Shown here: positions 28,678 to 32,824 of the stretch, in pieces | How positions within the stretch are numbered: position 1 is the first letter of the stretch | How the letters are laid out: each line of letters starts with the position of its first letter | Source of the DNA: Nitrospirae bacterium CG2_30_53_67 | GTDB lineage: Bacteria; CG2-30-53-67 | DNA: 32,824 nt | Assembly: GCA_001873285.1 (NCBI GenBank) | Contig: MNYV01000044.1 | Coordinates: 1-32,824 of the forward strand | Reading direction: 5' to 3' | Program-made: the position numbers and the translations under genes | The notes under the pieces: model-generated | Seen by the model: the letters and a program-made list of their open reading frames with translations, nothing else | What the model was told of the DNA's origin: nothing | Database searches by the model: none

Positions 28678-30108
28678 TCAGATCAAAAGGGTTGCCCAGA
28701 GATAGGCCGCGGCCAGAGAGAGGTAGGCCAGGAAACTCACGGCGAGAAGCCATTGCGATGTCTTCCCGGGACGGGACCAGGCCGGAAGGCCGGGGAGGAG
28801 GCAGCGGTAGTTTAGAAGGTAGAGGGCGGCGGGAAAGATGACCGTGCCGACGAATCCGATGACCGCGCTGATCAGGATCAGGGGTCCCGGCGCGTCGATC
28901 AGCATGGTGAGCGACGTGATGATCGTCAGAACCCCAAGGAAGATGTAATACCAGTGCCGCATGGCAAAACGCCGGCTCCTTGGAAAAAGGATATAAACAA
29001 TATCCGCCTGGATGCGGCTTACGGCGTCCGCGGTGGCGAGCCAGGTGTCGGTGAGAAAGGCCGCGGCCACGATCAGGAAGATCACGCGTCCGAGAGGGCC
29101 CCAGCTCACCTCGAAAAAGCGGCTCTGCACCACAGCCAGTTCGTAATCCTGAGGGAGCAGTCCCTTGGGGAAGAGGAGGGCGTAGGATAGGAGACAGGTC
29201 ATGAGGGTCGTGAAGAGATTCCCTCCGATACCGATCAGGGTGTCCAGAGAAAGAAAACGCTGCCACGACTTCCACCGGACTATGTTTTCAGGGGAATCGT
29301 CAGGCAGGTTCCCCCGGGTCGTGATGGTCTCCGGTTTGCCCGTGATGGGACCGGTGATCCGTCCGGCATGCGAGGCCATGCCGCTCCCCTTGTCTCGGAG
29401 CCAGTAGGAATAAAAGAGGATCCAGAACCCACCGAGCCCGGCGAAGGTGATGGCCGTCAGAAGTTTGGTGGCATCCCGGTTGTCCCAGGGCCGGGGGATC
29501 GGCCCCGGGGGGCCGAAGAGGCCCTTGAAGAATTCCGGCGCCGCACTTAAGACATCCGGCTGAAGGCATGCCCACATCAGTCCCGCGACCGTGATCAGCG
29601 CCACGGCCTTCATGAAGTTTTCGATCATGGTGTAGATCACGCGGCTGAAAAGAATCGCGGTCAAAAAAACCGCAATGGAGGCATAACCCCAGAAAAGGGT
29701 CTGGCCCCTCGGGCTCCAGTCATGAGGGAAATGCGTGAGCGCCGCCAAGGCGGTCCCGCCTGCCGAGGCGAATGCCCCGAACCAGAGAAAAGAAAGCGTC
29801 ATCAGGATCCAGAGAAAAATACCGAACCACCGGTTCAGCCGGATGAAGCCGTGGAAGATGCTTTCACCGGTGAGCAGGGTATAGCGTCCGATCTCCAGAT
29901 TCAGGGGATACTGGAGCAGGCAGGCCGGAATGAGAAGGAAGAGAAAGGTCAGACCGTATTTGGCAATCATATACGGCCACCAGATCAGTTCCCCGCTCCC
30001 CTGAGCCAGTGCCATCCAGATGATGCCGGGACCCAGTGCCGCCCACCATCCCGGAAAGAAGGGGAGGGGCTTGCGGCCAAGCGATTGGAACCTGTTTGAA
30101 TCGGGCAC
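28678..30108 (-). CDS. Nramp-like (APC fold) transporter
   Basis: LGPGIIW...GSGELIWWP, EIGRYTLLTGES; many TM segments; GTG start. Confidence 0.82.
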   Translation of the reverse strand: MPDSNRFQSLGRKPLPFFPGWWAALGPGIIWMALAQGSGELIWWPYMIAKYGLTFLFLLIPACLLQYPLNLEIGRYTLLTGESIFHGFIRLNRWFGIFLWILMTLSFLWFGAFASAGGTALAALTHFPHDWSPRGQTLFWGYASIAVFLTAILFSRVIYTMIENFMKAVALITVAGLMWACLQPDVLSAAPEFFKGLFGPPGPIPRPWDNRDATKLLTAITFAGLGGFWILFYSYWLRDKGSGMASHAGRITGPITGKPETITTRGNLPDDSPENIVRWKSWQRFLSLDTLIGIGGNLFTTLMTCLLSYALLFPKGLLPQDYELAVVQSRFFEVSWGPLGRVIFLIVAAAFLTDTWLATADAVSRIQADIVYILFPRSRRFAMRHWYYIFLGVLTIITSLTMLIDAPGPLILISAVIGFVGTVIFPAALYLLNYRCLLPGLPAWSRPGKTSQWLLAVSFLAYLSLAAAYLWATLLI

Positions 30109-30125
30109 GTGAAACCCCTTCGCTG

Positions 30126-30350
30126 TTATCTCCCCTTGAAGATGGATCCCAGAATCCCGCGCACGATCTGCCGCCCTATCCGGCTGCCGATGCTCCGCGC
30201 CACACGGAGATATCCAGAGGGTTCTGCGTTACAAAATAGATGCCGACACCCTTTGGACCGGATCAGGCGGACCACCTGCTCAACCTTTTCCAGCAGCGCC
30301 TTGGGCGCATCCTTAAACAAGAGATGCGCCTCATCGAAGAAGAAAACAAA
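30126..30350 (-). pseudogene. Remnant of HerA-like ATPase YjgR/DUF853
   Basis: FVFFFDEAHLLFKDAPKALLEKVEQVVRLIRSKG, then frameshifted GVGIYFVTQNPLDI, fused to the C-terminal VARSIGSRIGRQIVRGILGSIF. Confidence 0.85.
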
Positions 30351-30638
30351 GGGGTTTCCCCCTGTCCGACAAAAATACCCGGAGTCCCGGTCATATTCGG
30401 CGCCCCTTCATGAAGAGCATGGTCTATTCGAGCATAATTAGATGATTCTATTACCCTGTTTATCCCTGTTTGTCAACAGCTTTGACACGGGAATATCATG
30501 GTTGACATAGGGTCTGCATTAGTGGTATGAAAAGAATGGTTCTTTCGTAAGAAAGTTGAACGGCTATAGAAATTAAAAATAAAGAATCAAAAATCAAAAT
30601 GACATTTCCCGATCAGGATATAACTGCCGGAGGTTCTC

Positions 30639-32474
30639 TTGATTCCAGTCATCCTTTTCCTTCTCTCCATCGGACTGCAACTCACAGCGGCCCTGTTTGC
30701 CCTTCTGCTGATCCGTACAACAGGCCGAAAGCTTGCGTGGATTTTTCTTTCTATGGCCATGGTGCTGATGATATGGCGCCGTGTGGTGTCCTTTGTTTCA
30801 CTGCTTGCCGCCGGCAAGGCCATAACTTTTGAACTTCCTGAACTCATCGCCCTCATCATTTCCTGCCTCATGCTGGCGGGTGTCCTTCGCATCGGGGTTT
30901 ACTTTCGATCCATCCGGAGAGCGGAAGAAGATCGCCAAAAGGCGGAGGAGGATCTGCGCAAGAGCGACGCAAAGTTCCGACAAATCTCCGGCCAGTTCCA
31001 CGCCCTGCTCGATGCCATTCCGGACAACCTCACGCTCCAATCGCCGGATCTCAAGGTGCTCTGGGCGAACAACGGCGCGGCCGACGGACTGAACAAAAAA
31101 CCGGAGGATCTGGTCGGCGCTTACTGCTACACCCTTTGGCACAACAGGACGGAGCCATGCCATCCCTGTCCTGTTCTAAAAAGCTTTTCTACGGGAAAAC
31201 CAGCCTCCGAAACTGTCACCACGCCTGACGGCAGGATATGGGAACTCAGGACGGCGCCGATTCAAGAGTCCGGACGCGTCATCAATGTGATTGAGGTCGG
31301 CAGGGACATCAGCGAACATCGGAAACTGGAGGCGCAATATCTTCAAGCTCAGAAGATGGAAGCCATCGGACAGCTTGCGGGGGGCGTGGCGCATGACTTC
31401 AACAATATCCTTACAGCGGTTATCGGTTATGGACATCTGGCCCTTATGCAGACGGCCAAAGACGACCCGCAGCGGGTGAACATCGAAAACATGCTTGAGG
31501 GGGCAGAGCGGGCTGCCCGCCTTACCCAAGACCTTCTTCTCTTCAGCAGAAAACAGGCGAGCGAGCTGAAGCCTGTGGATCTGAACACCGTGGTTAGTCA
31601 GGTCGAGAAATTTCTAAAGAAGGTCATCGGAGAAGATATTGAATTTCAAACCAATCTAAAAGACAGGCCGATAACGGTCCTCGCCGACCCCCATCAGCTT
31701 GAGCAGGTGCTGATGAATCTCGCAACCAACGCCCGTGACGCCATGCCGAAAGGCGGTGTTTTTACCGTTCAAACGGAACAGATCAATCTGAACGAAGATT
31801 TCACAGCGTTCCACGGCTTCGGCAGGCCCGGCCGTTATGCGATGATGACCGTGTCGGACACCGGTACCGGCATGGATAAAGAGATGCGTCAGCATATCTT
31901 CGAGCCCTTCTTCACAACCAAAGAGGTCGGCAAAGGCACGGGTCTCGGCCTGGCCGTGGTGTACGGCATCATCAGGCAGCATGGGGGTTACATCAACGTT
32001 TACAGCGAGCCCGGCAAGGGCGCCACGTTTAAAATATACCTGCCGGCCATCGCGTCGGAAGTGAAAGAAGATAAAAAAGCGCATGAGGAGGGACCGCCGG
32101 CGGGGGGCTCGGAGACGATCCTGGTTGCAGAGGACGATGAATCGCTGAGGAAACTTTACAGAATCGTACTGAAGCGTTTCGGCTACACGATCATCGAAGC
32201 CGTAGACGGTGAAGACGCTGTGAGGAAATTTACCGAGAACAAGGAGAGCATCCACCTTCTACTGTTCGACCTCATCATGCCGAAGATGAGCGGTAAAGAG
32301 GCCCATGATGAGATCATAAAGATGAATCCCGGCATCAAGGCCCTTTTCATGAGCGGGTATTCGGCGGATATTCTGCAAAGAGAAAAGTTGGCCGGAAGCG
32401 GCATAGACCTTGTCCTGAAGCCTGCCACGCCGGATACCCTTCTGAGGAAGGTCCGGGAAATGCTTGACCGTTGA
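30639..32474 (+). CDS. Hybrid sensor kinase (3 TM, PAS, HisKA, HATPase, REC)
   Basis: [41 protein letters not shown]-terminal receiver; TTG start after GGAGG. Confidence 0.94.
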   Translation: MIPVILFLLSIGLQLTAALFALLLIRTTGRKLAWIFLSMAMVLMIWRRVVSFVSLLAAGKAITFELPELIALIISCLMLAGVLRIGVYFRSIRRAEEDRQKAEEDLRKSDAKFRQISGQFHALLDAIPDNLTLQSPDLKVLWANNGAADGLNKKPEDLVGAYCYTLWHNRTEPCHPCPVLKSFSTGKPASETVTTPDGRIWELRTAPIQESGRVINVIEVGRDISEHRKLEAQYLQAQKMEAIGQLAGGVAHDFNNILTAVIGYGHLALMQTAKDDPQRVNIENMLEGAERAARLTQDLLLFSRKQASELKPVDLNTVVSQVEKFLKKVIGEDIEFQTNLKDRPITVLADPHQLEQVLMNLATNARDAMPKGGVFTVQTEQINLNEDFTAFHGFGRPGRYAMMTVSDTGTGMDKEMRQHIFEPFFTTKEVGKGTGLGLAVVYGIIRQHGGYINVYSEPGKGATFKIYLPAIASEVKEDKKAHEEGPPAGGSETILVAEDDESLRKLYRIVLKRFGYTIIEAVDGEDAVRKFTENKESIHLLLFDLIMPKMSGKEAHDEIIKMNPGIKALFMSGYSADILQREKLAGSGIDLVLKPATPDTLLRKVREMLDR

Positions 32475-32516
32475 TGAGTTCAATACATGATTATTATCTT
32501 CTCGCATCCCAGTTCC

Positions 32517-32576
32517 GTCATTCCCCGACCTGTCTGCGTGCGGACACGCACAGGCAGTTCGGATCGGGGAATCCAG
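32517..32576. repeat. REP-like hairpin with nested second hairpin
   Basis: GTCATTCCCCGA...TCGGGGAATCCAG interrupted by CCTGTCTGCGTGCGGACACGCACAGGCAG; related motif at 11291-11327. Confidence 0.7.
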
Positions 32577-32599
32577 GGGTCAAGGGGGTCAGACCTACA

Positions 32600-32824
32600 G
32601 TGCGACCGGGCAAGGTCGTATCATCCAGCGGGTGAGAATCCCGCCCCGGAAGGTAAGCCAGCCACCGGGTAGCGAGTCTTTGGAGGGAGGGTGGTAACAT
32701 CTTTCTTTAAGCGTAAGATAGCAAGCAGGCAGGCCGTAAGCCGATTGGTTGAAGGGATTGAGCCCCGAAAGTGACGCGTTGGGAAGGACGACACTGTTGT
32801 AGAAGTGGAAGTCAACATGGGACG
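32600..32824 (+). mobile_element. Group II intron, 5' end (domain I, IIB-like), continuing beyond the window
   Basis: GTGCG boundary, then GCGGGTGAGAATCCCGC hairpin, AGCCAGCCACCGGGTAGCGAGTCTT and GATTGAGCCCCGAAA, all typical of bacterial group II intron domain I. Confidence 0.85.

Noticed and set aside
30126..30320. 64-aa ORF as an intact small protein
   Set aside because: It is a fusion of two yjgR fragments with an out-of-frame middle.
32798..32802. TGTAG as intron EBS1 (pairs with exon CTACA)
   Set aside because: Only 5 nt, and upstream of where the EBS1 loop is expected; cannot be supported without the full fold.
32487..32818. Short ORFs at the right end
   Set aside because: They lie in repeat and intron RNA sequence.

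Overview
Bacterial chromosomal window of mostly housekeeping and signalling genes. Gene content (RomR-like protein, system II cytochrome c maturation, bacterial NrpR, Hypr-clade-like GGDEF) suggests a deltaproteobacterial/Nitrospirota-like anaerobe (inference). Left end: tandemly duplicated promoter and 5' part of a REP-associated Y1/HUH transposase (RAYT-like). Then: two sensor kinases and a receiver; transaldolase; resB-ccsA-glcF-like operon; yjbQ; ferredoxin; NifU-domain protein; DUF4398/OmpA lipoproteins; lnt; bioD; RomR-like regulator; a recG-rel-GGDEF-class IV PLP enzyme operon; rpmB; LarA-like and glutamate synthase-like genes divergent from nrpR; an Nramp-like transporter; a yjgR/DUF853 remnant; a hybrid PAS kinase. 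Right end: the 5' part of a group II intron. Two MITE-like elements and REP-like hairpins lie in intergenic regions. Best candidate for an undescribed system: a Rel enzyme with all hydrolase motifs eroded but an intact synthetase, directly followed by a REC-GGDDF cyclase with both base-reading residues changed (PleD N335->A, D344->N). All calls rest on motif recognition by eye; no searches were run.
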